35,549 nt of DNA from Kofleriaceae bacterium (GTDB lineage Bacteria > Myxococcota_A > Polyangia > Haliangiales > Haliangiaceae): assembly GCA_035558535.1 (NCBI GenBank), contig DATMCI010000364.1, positions 1 to 35,549 on the forward strand, read 5' to 3'. Below, piece by piece: positions 1 to 9,304 of the stretch. The notes beneath the pieces are model-generated. The model was not told the origin of the DNA. It searched no databases and saw only the letters and a program-made list of their open reading frames with translations. Made by a program: the position numbers and the translations under genes. The number at the start of each line of letters is the position of its first letter. Position 1 is the first letter of the stretch.

Positions 1-345
1 GCAAATGCCGCGAGCGTCACCGACATCTTCGGCAGGCCCGCGCCGAACCGCACGACCATCGGCGCAGCTCGGCGCCGTGACCGCTCGCGCTTGCCGCGTC
101 GTCGCGGTGCCGTCCGCTCAAGCCGTTGCTGTCGCGCGCGCGCGCCTGCCATGCGGCCGAACCCTAGCAGGCCTACCAGGCGGCGCCGACACCCTGTCGG
201 CCTGCTCTCGACGAGGCCATGCCACCCGTGAATAATCCGGGCTAGCCCCCTGTCGCAGAGGTTCTGCCAAAACTTCTGCGACGAGGTCCTCGTCCGAAGC
301 GCGGCCGCGCGCCGCCGCGGCTCGCTTCGTGGCACAACCCAAGCC

Positions 346-1008
346 ATGGCGATCCATATCGGCATGCTCCTGTACCCCGGCCTGACGCAGCTCGACCTGA
401 CGGCGCCGTTCGAGCTGATGCACCGGATCCCCGGGGCCGAGGTCCACCTGGTCTGGAAGGACCTCCAGCCGGTGCGCGCCGACTCGGGGCTCGGGCTCCT
501 GCCGTCGGCGACGCTCGAGGGCTGCCCGCCGCTCGACGTCGTGTTCGCCCCCGGCGGCGCCGGCCAGCTCCCGCTCATGACGGACGCCGCCGTGCTGGGC
601 TTTCTGCGCGAGCACGGCCGCGCGGCGCGCTACGTCACGTCCGTGTGCACCGGCGCGCTCCTGCTCGGCGCCGCCGGCCTGCTCGACGGCTACGCGGCCA
701 CCACGCACTGGGCGTTCGTCGAGCTCTTGCCGATGTTCGGCGCCCGGCCCACGCCCGGCCGGGTCGTGGTCGACCGGAACCGCATCACCGCGGGCGGGGT
801 CACCGCCGGGCTCGACTTCGGCCTGCGCCTCGTCGCCGAGCTGGCCGGGGAGCGGAGCGCGCAGCTGATCCAGCTCGGCCTCGAGTACGACCCCGATCCG
901 CCGTTCCGCGCCGGCCACCCGAGCGTCGCCGATCCCGAGCTCGTCGCCGAGATGCGCGCCCAGCTCGCGTCGGTCGTCGCGACGCGCGGGGCGAGCGTCA
1001 CGCAATAG
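346..1008 (+). CDS. DJ-1/PfpI (ThiJ) family protein
   Basis: 220 aa. The motif VCTGALLL with the nucleophile Cys in its typical context, and the overall glutamine-amidotransferase-like fold pattern of DJ-1/PfpI. High GC3 codon usage. Confidence 0.85.
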   Translation: MAIHIGMLLYPGLTQLDLTAPFELMHRIPGAEVHLVWKDLQPVRADSGLGLLPSATLEGCPPLDVVFAPGGAGQLPLMTDAAVLGFLREHGRAARYVTSVCTGALLLGAAGLLDGYAATTHWAFVELLPMFGARPTPGRVVVDRNRITAGGVTAGLDFGLRLVAELAGERSAQLIQLGLEYDPDPPFRAGHPSVADPELVAEMRAQLASVVATRGASVTQ

Positions 1009-1119
1009 CGCCACCGGCGGTCACACGCGTCAAGCTGCGTTCACGGCAGCGCGCGGCCCTCTCCCGGCGGGTTCGGCGGAGTTAGCGCTCGGCACGCGGC
1101 GTGCTGACTGGACCTGGGC

Positions 1120-1626
1120 ATGCGTCTCTTGCGGTGGGTACCTGTCCTCGCGGCCTGCGCGCTCCTCCTCGGCAGCCTCGCCGGCTGCTCCCTGTTCATG
1201 CACTCGATCGAGAAGCCGAAGGCGAGCGTGCGCGACGTCTCGATCTCGGCGGCCGGGCTCGGCGGCGTGTCGGGCCAGCTCCAGCTCGACGTCACGAACC
1301 CCAACGGCTTCGGCGTCCCGCTCGCGGGCGTCGACTGGGAGCTCTCCATCGGCGGGGCGCGCGCGGTGACCGGCACCGTGCAGCTCTCGCAGACGATCCC
1401 GGCGCGCGGCGTGGCGCCCGTGGCGACGTCCCTGACCGTCGCCGCGAGCGACGCGCTCGCGGTCGCCGCGGCGCTCTCCGGCGGCGCGCGCGGCTACACC
1501 GTGCGGGCGCGGCTGCACTTCTCGACGCCCGTCGGGCAGCTGGACGTCGACGTCGAGCACGCGGGCACGCTCGGCGGGGGCGGCGGGCTTGGCGCCGCGG
1601 CCCGTGGCGTGCTCGGCCTGCGCTGA
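1120..1626 (+). CDS. Lipoprotein with a LEA14/WHy (LEA_2) domain
   Basis: Signal peptide ending in a lipobox (LLLGSLAGC). VTNPNGFGVPLAGVDWELSIGG matches the Water-stress/Hypersensitive-response (LEA_2) core. Gly-rich C-terminus. Confidence 0.75.
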   Translation: MRLLRWVPVLAACALLLGSLAGCSLFMHSIEKPKASVRDVSISAAGLGGVSGQLQLDVTNPNGFGVPLAGVDWELSIGGARAVTGTVQLSQTIPARGVAPVATSLTVAASDALAVAAALSGGARGYTVRARLHFSTPVGQLDVDVEHAGTLGGGGGLGAAARGVLGLR

Positions 1627-1689
1627 GCCCCGCGTCCCCGAGGGGGCGAGTTTGGGCCCGCCGCGCGGCGGTGGTAGGGTGAGCGGGCG

Positions 1690-2262
1690 ATGATCCTCCC
1701 GATGACCTTCTTCCTGGCGTTCATCGCGGTCGCGGTCGGGCTCGCGTGGTGGTGGGTCTCGCGGATCCCGGTGACGCCGCCGCAGGTCGCGATGATGGCG
1801 CAGCGGATCGCGTTCCCCGGCGGGGTCCGGCTCGGCGACCCCGAGCGCGCGCTCGCGGCGCTCGCGCGGCCCGACGAGATCGTGATCCCGTTCGAGCGCG
1901 CGCGCCTGCTCATCGTGTACCCGCTGACCGTGCCCGCGACGGTGCCGATCCAGGCGGCGCTCGCGCACGGCTTCACGCGCGGCGAGCTCCTGCGCGCGAT
2001 CTGCGAGGAGTACGCGAACGTCTACGAGGCCGAGGAGGCCACCGCCGCGATCAAGCCGGTGCCGCGCGAGGAGCGCGAGGAGCTGCAGGGGCGCCCGGAG
2101 CGCAACCGCACCGACGGGGTCTACGGCATCTGGGGCCACGACCTCGACGAGCTCGTGCTGACGGCGCTGCACTGGACGCGCGCGGCCGACGGCGCCGTCA
2201 CGATCGAGCTGCACGTCGAGGTGCAGCCGCGCGGCACCGGCGCGCCGTCGCCCGCGGCCTAG
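1690..2262 (+). CDS. Hypothetical membrane-anchored protein
   Basis: 190 aa with an N-terminal TM helix (FFLAFIAVAVGLAWWWV). Coding-like composition. No recognisable domain. Confidence 0.55.
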   Translation: MILPMTFFLAFIAVAVGLAWWWVSRIPVTPPQVAMMAQRIAFPGGVRLGDPERALAALARPDEIVIPFERARLLIVYPLTVPATVPIQAALAHGFTRGELLRAICEEYANVYEAEEATAAIKPVPREEREELQGRPERNRTDGVYGIWGHDLDELVLTALHWTRAADGAVTIELHVEVQPRGTGAPSPAA

Positions 2263-2313
2263 CCCGGCTCGCCTGGCCTCGCCTGGGCCTGGCTCGGCCT
2301 GGCTCGGCCTGGC

Positions 2314-3000
2314 TCACTTCGGCTTCTGCGCGAGCCGCTTCGTGCTGCCGTCCGGGAGCCGGACATCGATCCACTTGTCGCCGGCCGCCGTCACGACGAG
2401 GTCGCCGAACTTCGGGTGCGTGAGCGTCTGGCCGACGGCGAAGTTGCCGCTCGCGCTGTAGGGCACCGGGCCCGTCGCGGCGGGCGCCGCCTCCTCCTGG
2501 GGCGGCGCGAGCACGCGCTGCAGCACCTTGAGGATCGCGCGCCGCTGCTCGGGGAGCCGGTGGTACTCGGCGACGAGCGTGACGCGCGCGAGCAGCTCCT
2601 GCTCGATGTTCTGCAGCGCCTCCCAGATCGGCGTGCTGTCCTTCGCGGTGACCGCCCACGCCATGCCGCGCGCCGCGTCGGCGATGCGGTGATCCTTGCC
2701 GAACGTGTCGTTGCGCGCGGCGGTGCAGTCCTTCGCCGCGGTCTTGGCGGCCGCGACGTGGTCCTCGGTCTTTGCGGCGAGCCACGCCTCCGTGGCCTCG
2801 AGCGCCGCGTGGGGCCGCCGATCGCCGGGGCGTTTGCTCTCCCACTCCGGCAGGATCAGCGTGCGGATCACCTCGATGACGGCGCGGAGCAGCACCTCGC
2901 GATCGATGTCGTCGAGGTTGTTCGCCCATGCCGACGTGGGGATCCCGGTCACGACGTCGCCGCGGAGCGCGGCCAGTCGAGCGAACCGGTCGGGTTGCAT
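2314..3000 (-). CDS. Hypothetical protein
   Basis: Listed ORF 2314..3306 trimmed to the internal ATG at 3000 (MQPDRF...). The upstream part of the ORF is Arg-rich frame artefact. The C-terminus is GNFAVGQTLTHPKFGDLVV...DVRLPDGSTKRL. No confident family assignment. Confidence 0.5.
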   Translation of the reverse strand: MQPDRFARLAALRGDVVTGIPTSAWANNLDDIDREVLLRAVIEVIRTLILPEWESKRPGDRRPHAALEATEAWLAAKTEDHVAAAKTAAKDCTAARNDTFGKDHRIADAARGMAWAVTAKDSTPIWEALQNIEQELLARVTLVAEYHRLPEQRRAILKVLQRVLAPPQEEAAPAATGPVPYSASGNFAVGQTLTHPKFGDLVVTAAGDKWIDVRLPDGSTKRLAQKPK

Positions 3001-3406
3001 CGCGAAGAACTTACACCCGTGGGCTGGCCGCGGATCGGCGTGTCGATCGGCGCGTCGATCGGCCGCGTCGCGTCGCGCCTCGACGCGGGCGTCGAGCGCT
3101 CGCTCCCGCGCTCCCGCGCGCCACATGCGCCTGCGTGTCGCGCGAGCACGCGATGCATAGCCACGCCTCACGCTGTGCGATCGCTGCACAGTCGTCGTCG
3201 GTGCTTGCAAAGAGCGTGGGGTGCACTGCCAATTCTTCGTTAACGCGCTGAGCGCTCCCGGCACGCTGAACAGCTGAATACCTACCTCTAACGACAAGAA
3301 ATCCACGAATGATCCCCAAAAAACTCAAGAAAATCATCCCGTAATAGGATATTGGATATGAACTTGACGCTTCCTCCGGGAGGAGGATCGAGCGATAGTC
3401 TGCGCA

Positions 3407-4030
3407 ATGGGGAACGCTGACTGCCTTTTGGTTGTGGAAGACGACCCGACGATCCGTCGCTCGTTGACCCGTTGGATCAAGCAGACCTCTCCGCTGACTG
3501 TGGTCGAGGCGGAGACCATCCGTGACGGCATGGAGCTGCTCAAGAGCTCGCCCGTCGGTGCCATCGTCGACATCCGCTTGCCGGACGGAGACGGTCTCGA
3601 TCTCGTGCAGACGATCAAGGAGCGATCGCCGACGACATCGATCCTCGTGACGACCGCGAGCGAGGACGCCGTCTACGCGAACCGCGCCCACCTGCTCGGC
3701 GTCGCGCTCGCGCGCAAGCCCGAGATTCACGCCAACATCCTCGTGTTCCTGAACAGCCTCGCGCAAAACCAGAGCAACGGCTCGCGCGTCGATCAGGCGC
3801 TCGCGAACCTCGCCGCGATCGCGGGTCTGTCGCGCCAGCAGCGACGCATCGTCGAGCTGATGGCGCGCGGCACAAAGCGCTCCGAGCTGGCGACCGCGCT
3901 CGGTGTCGAGGAGACGACGGTCCGCACGCACGTGCGCACGATCATCCGCCGCGTCGGGGTCGACAACGTCGATCGCGTCGCGTGGAAGATCCTGTCGCTC
4001 GTCGACGCGCACCGCGACTCGATGCACTGA
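3407..4030 (+). CDS. Two-component response regulator, NarL/FixJ (LuxR-HTH) family
   Basis: Receiver domain (LLVVEDDP...DIRLPDGDG...) followed by a C-terminal LuxR-type HTH (LSRQQRRIVELMARGTKRSELATALGVEETTVRTHVRTIIRRVGV). Confidence 0.9.
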   Translation: MGNADCLLVVEDDPTIRRSLTRWIKQTSPLTVVEAETIRDGMELLKSSPVGAIVDIRLPDGDGLDLVQTIKERSPTTSILVTTASEDAVYANRAHLLGVALARKPEIHANILVFLNSLAQNQSNGSRVDQALANLAAIAGLSRQQRRIVELMARGTKRSELATALGVEETTVRTHVRTIIRRVGVDNVDRVAWKILSLVDAHRDSMH

Positions 4031-4070
4031 CGCACGGCTCCGACGGCGCGGGGGCGCTTGGCCGGAGGTA

Positions 4071-4091
4071 GCACCGCACTGCGTGCGGTGC
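4071..4091. terminator. GC-rich hairpin between convergent genes
   Basis: gcaccgcac-tgc-gtgcggtgc: 9-bp perfect stem with a 3-nt loop, lying between the response regulator stop (4030) and the SprT-like gene stop (4170). No U-tract, which is usual in high-GC genomes. Confidence 0.35.
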
Positions 4092-4169
4092 TCACTGCTT
4101 CGCACGGGCTTGGAGAGGGCCGTGCGCCAGTGGTCTTCCGGACGCCTGGCATCGGCGCTGGCATCGGCG

Positions 4170-5267
4170 CTAGCCGCGCAGGAGGCGCGGCGAGGCCGAG
4201 GCGGCGCCGCGCTCGACGGGCTTGTGCAGGACGACGGTGCGGCCGGCCTCGCGGCCGGCGGCGTGGGCGGCCGAGACGCGCACGCGGCGCCGCGCCGTCG
4301 TGATGCGCGGGTGGCGCGCGTGGTACGCCGTGTCGAGCGCCGCGTCGCGGACCCAGACGAGGCCCGTGCCGCGCAGCTCGGTGCGCTCGCCCGCGAGCTT
4401 CTCGTGGAAGCCGCGCACGACACCGGACTGATACTGCAGGCGATCGCGCCCGCTCCGCACGCGCCGGTCGCCGCGGTTCTCGCTCCACAGCCGGTCGGCC
4501 GTCGCGAGCAGGAACGCGTAGACGTGGCTCGCCATCTCGACGTTCGGCCGCGTGCCCATGATCTCGTAGACGAGGCCGCGCCTGCCGTGCAGCGGCAGGT
4601 ACACCGGCACGCGGATCACCTTCACGAAGAAGAACTGCGACAGGAGCGCGACGATGTCGGCCTCGACGCGCGTCGCGCGGCGGAGCGGATCGCCGAGCTG
4701 GCGGACCTCGAAGCTGCGCTCGGAACGCGCGGCGGCCGCCTCGACGTTGTGGCGGAGCATCAGCTCGTGCGCCTTGCGCATCGCGAGCTCCGCCTCGTGC
4801 TGGTTCGAGCTGCCGGCGAGCGCGAGCAGCTTGCGGATCCGATCGAGCACGCGATCGACCTCGGCGGCCTCGCCGGACGCCGCGCCGGCGGGTGGCAGCG
4901 GCGCCCCGGCGGCGCGCGCGTCGATCCCGCGCTCGGCGCACACGCGCTGGAACGTCTCGCCGTGCGCGGACTCGTCGCGGATGCCGAGGACCTCGTCGAC
5001 GAACTGGTGCGCCATCTCGTGCTGCAGCACGGCGAGCACCTCGATCCACGGCCGCTCCACGACGAGCGCGCGCGACAGCTCGATCGTCCGCGTGGCGCGG
5101 AGCCACTGGCCGAGCCGGCCGGTCGCGCGCGACAGCGCGAACACCGGCGGCGTCAGCTGGTTGCGGAAGCGGGCGTGGTTCTCCCAGTCGAAGCACGCCC
5201 GCAGCTCGCGGAGCAACGCGGCCTCGAGCGCGGCCGACAGGACCTCAGACTCCATCGCCGGCACCAT
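4170..5267 (-). CDS. SprT-like zinc-metalloprotease domain / DUF2786 protein
   Basis: HExxH motif in LQHEMAHQFVDEV (SprT-like). DUF2786-like segment VLDRIRKLLALAGSSNQHEAELAMRKAHELMLRHN. The start could instead be the second ATG (MESEV). Confidence 0.7.
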   Translation of the reverse strand: MVPAMESEVLSAALEAALLRELRACFDWENHARFRNQLTPPVFALSRATGRLGQWLRATRTIELSRALVVERPWIEVLAVLQHEMAHQFVDEVLGIRDESAHGETFQRVCAERGIDARAAGAPLPPAGAASGEAAEVDRVLDRIRKLLALAGSSNQHEAELAMRKAHELMLRHNVEAAAARSERSFEVRQLGDPLRRATRVEADIVALLSQFFFVKVIRVPVYLPLHGRRGLVYEIMGTRPNVEMASHVYAFLLATADRLWSENRGDRRVRSGRDRLQYQSGVVRGFHEKLAGERTELRGTGLVWVRDAALDTAYHARHPRITTARRRVRVSAAHAAGREAGRTVVLHKPVERGAASASPRLLRG

Positions 5268-5288
5268 ACGCGCCGCGTCTGACGCCGG

Positions 5289-6737
5289 CTAGCGGCGCGG
5301 CCCCGAGGGCGGCGCCGTGGCGATCTCGGCGGCGATCTCGGCGGCGATCTCGGCGGCGGCGCGCTCCCCGGCCTCGATCGCGCCCTCCATGTAACCGGTC
5401 CAGACGGCCGCGGCCTCGGTGCCGGCGACGTGGACTCGGCCGTGCGGCGCGCCCCACGCGGCGCCGCGCGACAGGATGCCCGGCGGCAGCCCCGCGACGC
5501 AGCCGGCCGCCCACGGGTCCGCGGCCCAGTCGTGCTCGACGTAATCGATCGGCGCGGCGGCGGGCGCGCCGAACTGCGCGGCGAACGTCGCGAGCACCTC
5601 GGCGCGGCGCTCCGCGGGCGCGCGCCGCGCCCAGCCGGCGGCGTGCGCGCCGACGACGAACGCGAGCAGGATCGGATCCGGATCGAGCGCGACCGTCGCG
5701 CGCACTGTACCGCGCGGCCGGAACGCCTCGCCGGACCAGCCGGCGTCGCGCCAGAACGGGCGCGCGTACGCGGCGAAGCACTTGACGACCGGGCCGGCGC
5801 GCGAGGCCGCCGCGAGCTCGTCGGCGGCGGGCGCGAGCGCGACCTCGATCCGGCGGGCGAGCACCGGCGGCACGGCGAGGACCGCGCGGCGGGCGGCGTG
5901 CGCGCCGCGCGCGGTCCGGATCCCGAGCGGCGCGCCCGCGCCGGGATCGTCGATCGCGAGCACGGGCTCACCGAGCCGGACGTCGAGGCGCGCGGCGAGC
6001 CGCGCCGCGAGCGCGTGGGCGCCGCCGGCGAACCGGTGCTCGCGCCCGCCGCCGGGGAGCTCGGGCCCGGGCGGCCGGAAGCCGCCCGTGACGCCGAGGA
6101 TCCAGAAGTAGTAGAGCGCGGACAGCTCGGCCGGATCGGCGGCGAACACGAGCTCGGCATGCAGCGCGATCCGGTCGCGCGCGAGCGGGCTTGGGATCGC
6201 CTCGCGGAGCCACGCCGCGAGCGAGAGATCGTCGAGCGCGGCGAGGTTGTTCCCGGAGTCGCTCTTGGAGCCGCTCTGGGAGTCGCTCTTGGAGCCGCTC
6301 TGGGAGTCGCGCCCGAAGCTGCCGCGCGCGGCGGCGACCGCGCGGGCGCGGCGCTCGATGCGGCGCACGGCGCGCCACTGCGCGAGCGCGGCGCCGACTT
6401 CGCCGAGGACGCCCGCCGCCGGCTCCGCGAGGAACGGGCGCCCGGCGCGGCGCTGCGGCACGCTCGCCACGCCGAGCTCGGCGGCGAGCGCGGTGAGGCG
6501 CGCCTGGCCGGCGGACATCCACGCGCCGCCGAGATCGACGGTGGCGCCGCCGACGTGGCCGCCGAGCAGTCGCCCGCCCACGCGATCGCGCGCCTCGAGC
6601 ACGATCACGTCGAGCCCGGCCTCCGCGAGCCGGCGCGCGCAGACGAGGCCCGACAGCCCCGCTCCGACGACGACCGCGTCGCGAACCGTCGCCGCGGGCG
6701 CCGCACCGGTCCCGTCCGCGGGCGCCGCACCGTTCAC
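5289..6737 (-). CDS. Flavin-containing amine oxidase (MAO-like)
   Basis: FAD Rossmann motif VVVGAGLSGLVCARRLAEAGLDVIVLEARDRVGGR and amine-oxidase C-terminal region. Listed ORF 5289..7835 is trimmed: no ATG lies upstream of the Rossmann motif, so a GTG at 6737 is proposed as the start. Contains in-frame 24-bp and 12-bp tandem repeats. Confidence 0.7.
   Translation of the reverse strand: MNGAAPADGTGAAPAATVRDAVVVGAGLSGLVCARRLAEAGLDVIVLEARDRVGGRLLGGHVGGATVDLGGAWMSAGQARLTALAAELGVASVPQRRAGRPFLAEPAAGVLGEVGAALAQWRAVRRIERRARAVAAARGSFGRDSQSGSKSDSQSGSKSDSGNNLAALDDLSLAAWLREAIPSPLARDRIALHAELVFAADPAELSALYYFWILGVTGGFRPPGPELPGGGREHRFAGGAHALAARLAARLDVRLGEPVLAIDDPGAGAPLGIRTARGAHAARRAVLAVPPVLARRIEVALAPAADELAAASRAGPVVKCFAAYARPFWRDAGWSGEAFRPRGTVRATVALDPDPILLAFVVGAHAAGWARRAPAERRAEVLATFAAQFGAPAAAPIDYVEHDWAADPWAAGCVAGLPPGILSRGAAWGAPHGRVHVAGTEAAAVWTGYMEGAIEAGERAAAEIAAEIAAEIATAPPSGPRR
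6253..6306. repeat. 24-bp tandem repeat (x2.2) inside the amine oxidase CDS
   Basis: ggagtcgctcttggagccgctctg repeated. On the coding strand it encodes SQSGSKSD SQSGSKSD. Confidence 0.8.
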
Positions 6738-6806
6738 GCGCGGGCACGATACCGCCCGCGGGCCGGGCGCGGCTACCTCCGGCGCTGCTCCCGGCTCGCG
6801 GAGCGC

Positions 6807-6868
6807 GTCGTGGTGGCTGCGTGGTGGCTGCGTGGTGGCGTCGTGGTGGCGTCGTGGCGGCGCCCGCG
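6807..6868. repeat. 11-bp tandem repeat in a divergent intergenic region
   Basis: gtggtggctgc / gtggtggcgtc repeated about 5 times, between the amine oxidase start and the GAF-GGDEF gene start. Confidence 0.8.
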
Positions 6869-6974
6869 TCGCCCGCGGCGACCCGCGGCCGGGCGCGGCG
6901 CCGCGGATCGCGGCGGGCGGTGGCGCCGCCGTCCGGTCCGCACGGCGCGCCGCCCGGTCCGCGATGACGCCAGG

Positions 6975-7967
6975 ATGCGCGCTATGATGCGCGCGATGGC
7001 TGACCAGCGACCCGCCTCGCCGCGCCCGGAGCGCCTGCTCGCGATCATCGAGCTCCAGAACGCCATCGCCGCGGCCGGCATGAACGCCGACGAGGCGATG
7101 CACATCGTCTGCGTTCGCGCCGCGCAGCTCACGGCCGCGGCGGGCGCCGCGATCGCGGTCGCCGAGGGCGAGGAGCTCCTCGTGCGCGCGGCGACGCGGG
7201 CCACCGGCGCGGCCGCGCCCTCGCGGCTGCCGCGCACCGGCGGCGCCGGGGCGTGCCTCGCCGAGCGGCGGCCGGTCGCGATCGAGGACGCCGCGGCCGA
7301 TCCGCGCGTCGACGCCGAGACGCGCGCGCGCACCGGCGCCGCGTCGCTCCTCTACGTGCCGCTGCTCTACGGCGAGGCTGCGGTCGGCGTGATCGAGGTG
7401 GCCGCCACGCGCCGCGGCGCGTTCACCGACGAGGACGTCGAGACGTTGCGCCTGCTCGCGCAGATCATCGCGATCGCGCTGCACCGCGCGTACACGTACC
7501 CGCGGCCGCGGCAGGACATCCTGCACGATCCGATCACGGGGCTCGGCAACCGGCGCGCGTACGACGAGCGGATCGAGGCGGAGCTCGCGCGCAACGAGCG
7601 CTACGGCCACTCGTTCAGCCTCGCGCGCCTCGGGCTCGACGGGCTCGAGGACGCGGGCGATCGGCTCGGCCAGGTCGCGGCCGACGAGGCGCTGCGCGAG
7701 CTGGCCATGATCCTCAAGCGGGACACGCGCGCGATCGACGCGTGCTTCCGCATCGCGGCGGACGAGTTCGCGATCGTGATGCCGGGCACGTCGCTCGAGG
7801 GCGCGCGGATCTTGGTCGAGCGCTGCCGCGCGCACCTCGCCGAGGCGCGGCTGTGCGACGGCCTCGTGCGGGCGACGTTCGGCGTCGTCGAGGCGGAGGC
7901 CGAGACGCCGGACTCGCTCGCGGCGCGCGTGACCGCGTCGAGCGCCGAGGACAGGGCGCGGCGCTAG
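6975..7967 (+). CDS. GAF-GGDEF protein with a degenerate active site (AADEF) and an intact I-site
   Basis: Listed ORF 5430..7967 trimmed to the ATG at 6975 (MRAMMRAMADQ...). GAF-like N-terminal half. GGDEF domain entry motif DPITGLGNRRAYDE. The active-site motif reads RIAADEF rather than GG[DE]EF. RAID sits 5 residues upstream, which is the RxxD I-site. Confidence 0.8.
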   Translation: MRAMMRAMADQRPASPRPERLLAIIELQNAIAAAGMNADEAMHIVCVRAAQLTAAAGAAIAVAEGEELLVRAATRATGAAAPSRLPRTGGAGACLAERRPVAIEDAAADPRVDAETRARTGAASLLYVPLLYGEAAVGVIEVAATRRGAFTDEDVETLRLLAQIIAIALHRAYTYPRPRQDILHDPITGLGNRRAYDERIEAELARNERYGHSFSLARLGLDGLEDAGDRLGQVAADEALRELAMILKRDTRAIDACFRIAADEFAIVMPGTSLEGARILVERCRAHLAEARLCDGLVRATFGVVEAEAETPDSLAARVTASSAEDRARR

Positions 7968-8002
7968 CGCCAGCCAGGCTCGAGCCCAGGCTCGTAGATC
8001 CG

Positions 8003-8025
8003 GCGCGGGGCAAAAGTCCCCGCGC
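8003..8025 (+). terminator. Hairpin downstream of the GGDEF gene
   Basis: gcgcgggg-caaaagt-ccccgcgc: 8-bp stem with a 7-nt loop, about 35 nt after the stop at 7967. Confidence 0.4.
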
Positions 8026-8083
8026 GCGCCGCGCGAGACGAAAAGTGGCGCGCGCTCGGGGCAGGCGTGGCAGATTCCGCGCC

Positions 8084-9304
8084 ATGCGTGGAAGACATGC
8101 GTGGGTGATCGCAGGGACCGTGCTGCTCCTGACCGCGGCCGCGCACGCCGAGACGGCGCCGGCGGCCGCGCCGCAGGAGCTCCTCGACGAGGCGCGGGCG
8201 CTGCTCGTCGTCGGGGCGTGCGCGGACGGCACCGTGCCGAGCGTCAAGGCCGAGATCTACGCCGCGCACTGCAAGTCGGTGCGCGCGGCGCAGGAGGACT
8301 ACAAGAAGCAGTGGCTCACCAGCGCCGCGGAGTTCTTCCGCGCCAACGTGCCGGCCGGGGTGCCCAAGACGGTGGTGTACCCGTTCGCGGGCGGCGATCT
8401 GTCGACGGCGCTCGCCGTGTACCCCGACGCCGACGAGATCACGACGATCTCGCTCGAGCCCGCCGGTGATCCGCGCGCGCTCGGCAAGCTCTCGGAGAAG
8501 GAGCTCAAGGCGGCGCTGCCAGCGGTCAGCAACGAGCTGAACGCGCTGTACCGCCACAACTACTCGAAGACGATGGACATGATCTCGGCGATGACGGGCG
8601 CGCGGCTGCCGACGCAGCTCATCTTCGGCCTGTCGGCGCTGTGGATCCACGGCTACGAGCTGACGGGGATGCGCTACTTCACGCTCTCCGCCGAGGGCGA
8701 CGTGCGCTACCTGACGGCCGAGGACATGAAGAAGCTCGACGCGATCGCCAACGTCACCAAGCGCAACCGCGAGTACGGCAACGTCGAGCTGCGGTTCCGC
8801 AAGAAGGGCGGCCGCGAGCAGGTGTACCGGCACCTGCTCACGGACCTCGGCGACGCGCAGCTCAAGGCGGGGTCGGCGGCGCTCCTGCACCTCGAGAAGA
8901 AGGGCCGCATCTCGGCGATGACGAAGGCGGCGAGCTACCTGCTCACGTTCAGCAACTTCAACACGATGCGGAAGTACATCATCGATCACGTCGAGTGGAT
9001 GGTGTCCGACTCGACGGGCCTGGCGCCGAAGTACGGCACGCCCGCCGGCTTCGAATACGAGATGTGGGGCCAGTACGACGTGTCGAACATGCCCGAGGGC
9101 AAGTGGATCACGCCGCAGTGGACGGCGCTCTACGCGGCGCAGCCCAGGCGCCCGCTCAAGTTCCGCTTCGGCTACCCGAGCGGCGGACCGAAGTACTCGC
9201 CGCACCTCATCATCATGCGCAAGCCGAAGTACGCGCCGCCGACGCCCGCGCCGGCTGCGCCCGCGTCCGCGCCCGGCAAGCCGGCACAGCCCGGAAAGCC
9301 GTAG
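8084..9304 (+). CDS. Secreted hypothetical protein with a Pro/Ala-rich C-terminal tail
   Basis: Listed ORF 7253..9304 trimmed to the ATG at 8084 (MRGRHAWVIAGTVLLLTAAAHA-ETAP, a signal peptide). 406 aa. No recognisable domain. Ends PPTPAPAAPASAPGKPAQPGKP. Confidence 0.7.
   Translation: MRGRHAWVIAGTVLLLTAAAHAETAPAAAPQELLDEARALLVVGACADGTVPSVKAEIYAAHCKSVRAAQEDYKKQWLTSAAEFFRANVPAGVPKTVVYPFAGGDLSTALAVYPDADEITTISLEPAGDPRALGKLSEKELKAALPAVSNELNALYRHNYSKTMDMISAMTGARLPTQLIFGLSALWIHGYELTGMRYFTLSAEGDVRYLTAEDMKKLDAIANVTKRNREYGNVELRFRKKGGREQVYRHLLTDLGDAQLKAGSAALLHLEKKGRISAMTKAASYLLTFSNFNTMRKYIIDHVEWMVSDSTGLAPKYGTPAGFEYEMWGQYDVSNMPEGKWITPQWTALYAAQPRRPLKFRFGYPSGGPKYSPHLIIMRKPKYAPPTPAPAAPASAPGKPAQPGKP

Noticed and set aside
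2263-2313. ggcctggctc short tandem repeats between convergent genes
   Set aside because: Simple slippage repeat without hairpin potential. Too short to call a functional element.
1030-2423. Long overlapping ORFs (1030..2214 minus; 1746..2423 plus; 1101..1682 plus)
   Set aside because: Arg/Asp/Gly-rich translations with no domain signal. They overlap two well-supported plus-strand genes (LEA14 lipoprotein, TM protein) and are typical high-GC alternate-frame ORFs.
3011-5196. ORFs 3011..4423 minus, 3793..5196 minus and 3903..5282 plus
   Set aside because: Antisense or out-of-frame to the response regulator and SprT-like genes. Extreme Arg/Ala composition.
6738-7835. Upstream 1.1 kb of the 848-aa minus-strand ORF 5289..7835
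   Set aside because: It overlaps the real GAF-GGDEF gene on the other strand and is Arg/Pro-rich frame artefact. The amine oxidase Rossmann motif begins just downstream of 6737.
5430-7967. 845-aa plus-strand ORF
   Set aside because: It is a composite. Only the 3' third (6975..7967) is the GAF-GGDEF gene. The upstream 1.5 kb is Arg/Ala/Gly-rich translation antisense to the amine oxidase gene.
7253-8083. N-terminal 277 codons of ORF 7253..9304
   Set aside because: Out-of-frame read-through across the GGDEF gene 3' end and terminator hairpin. The real protein starts at the signal peptide (ATG at 8084).
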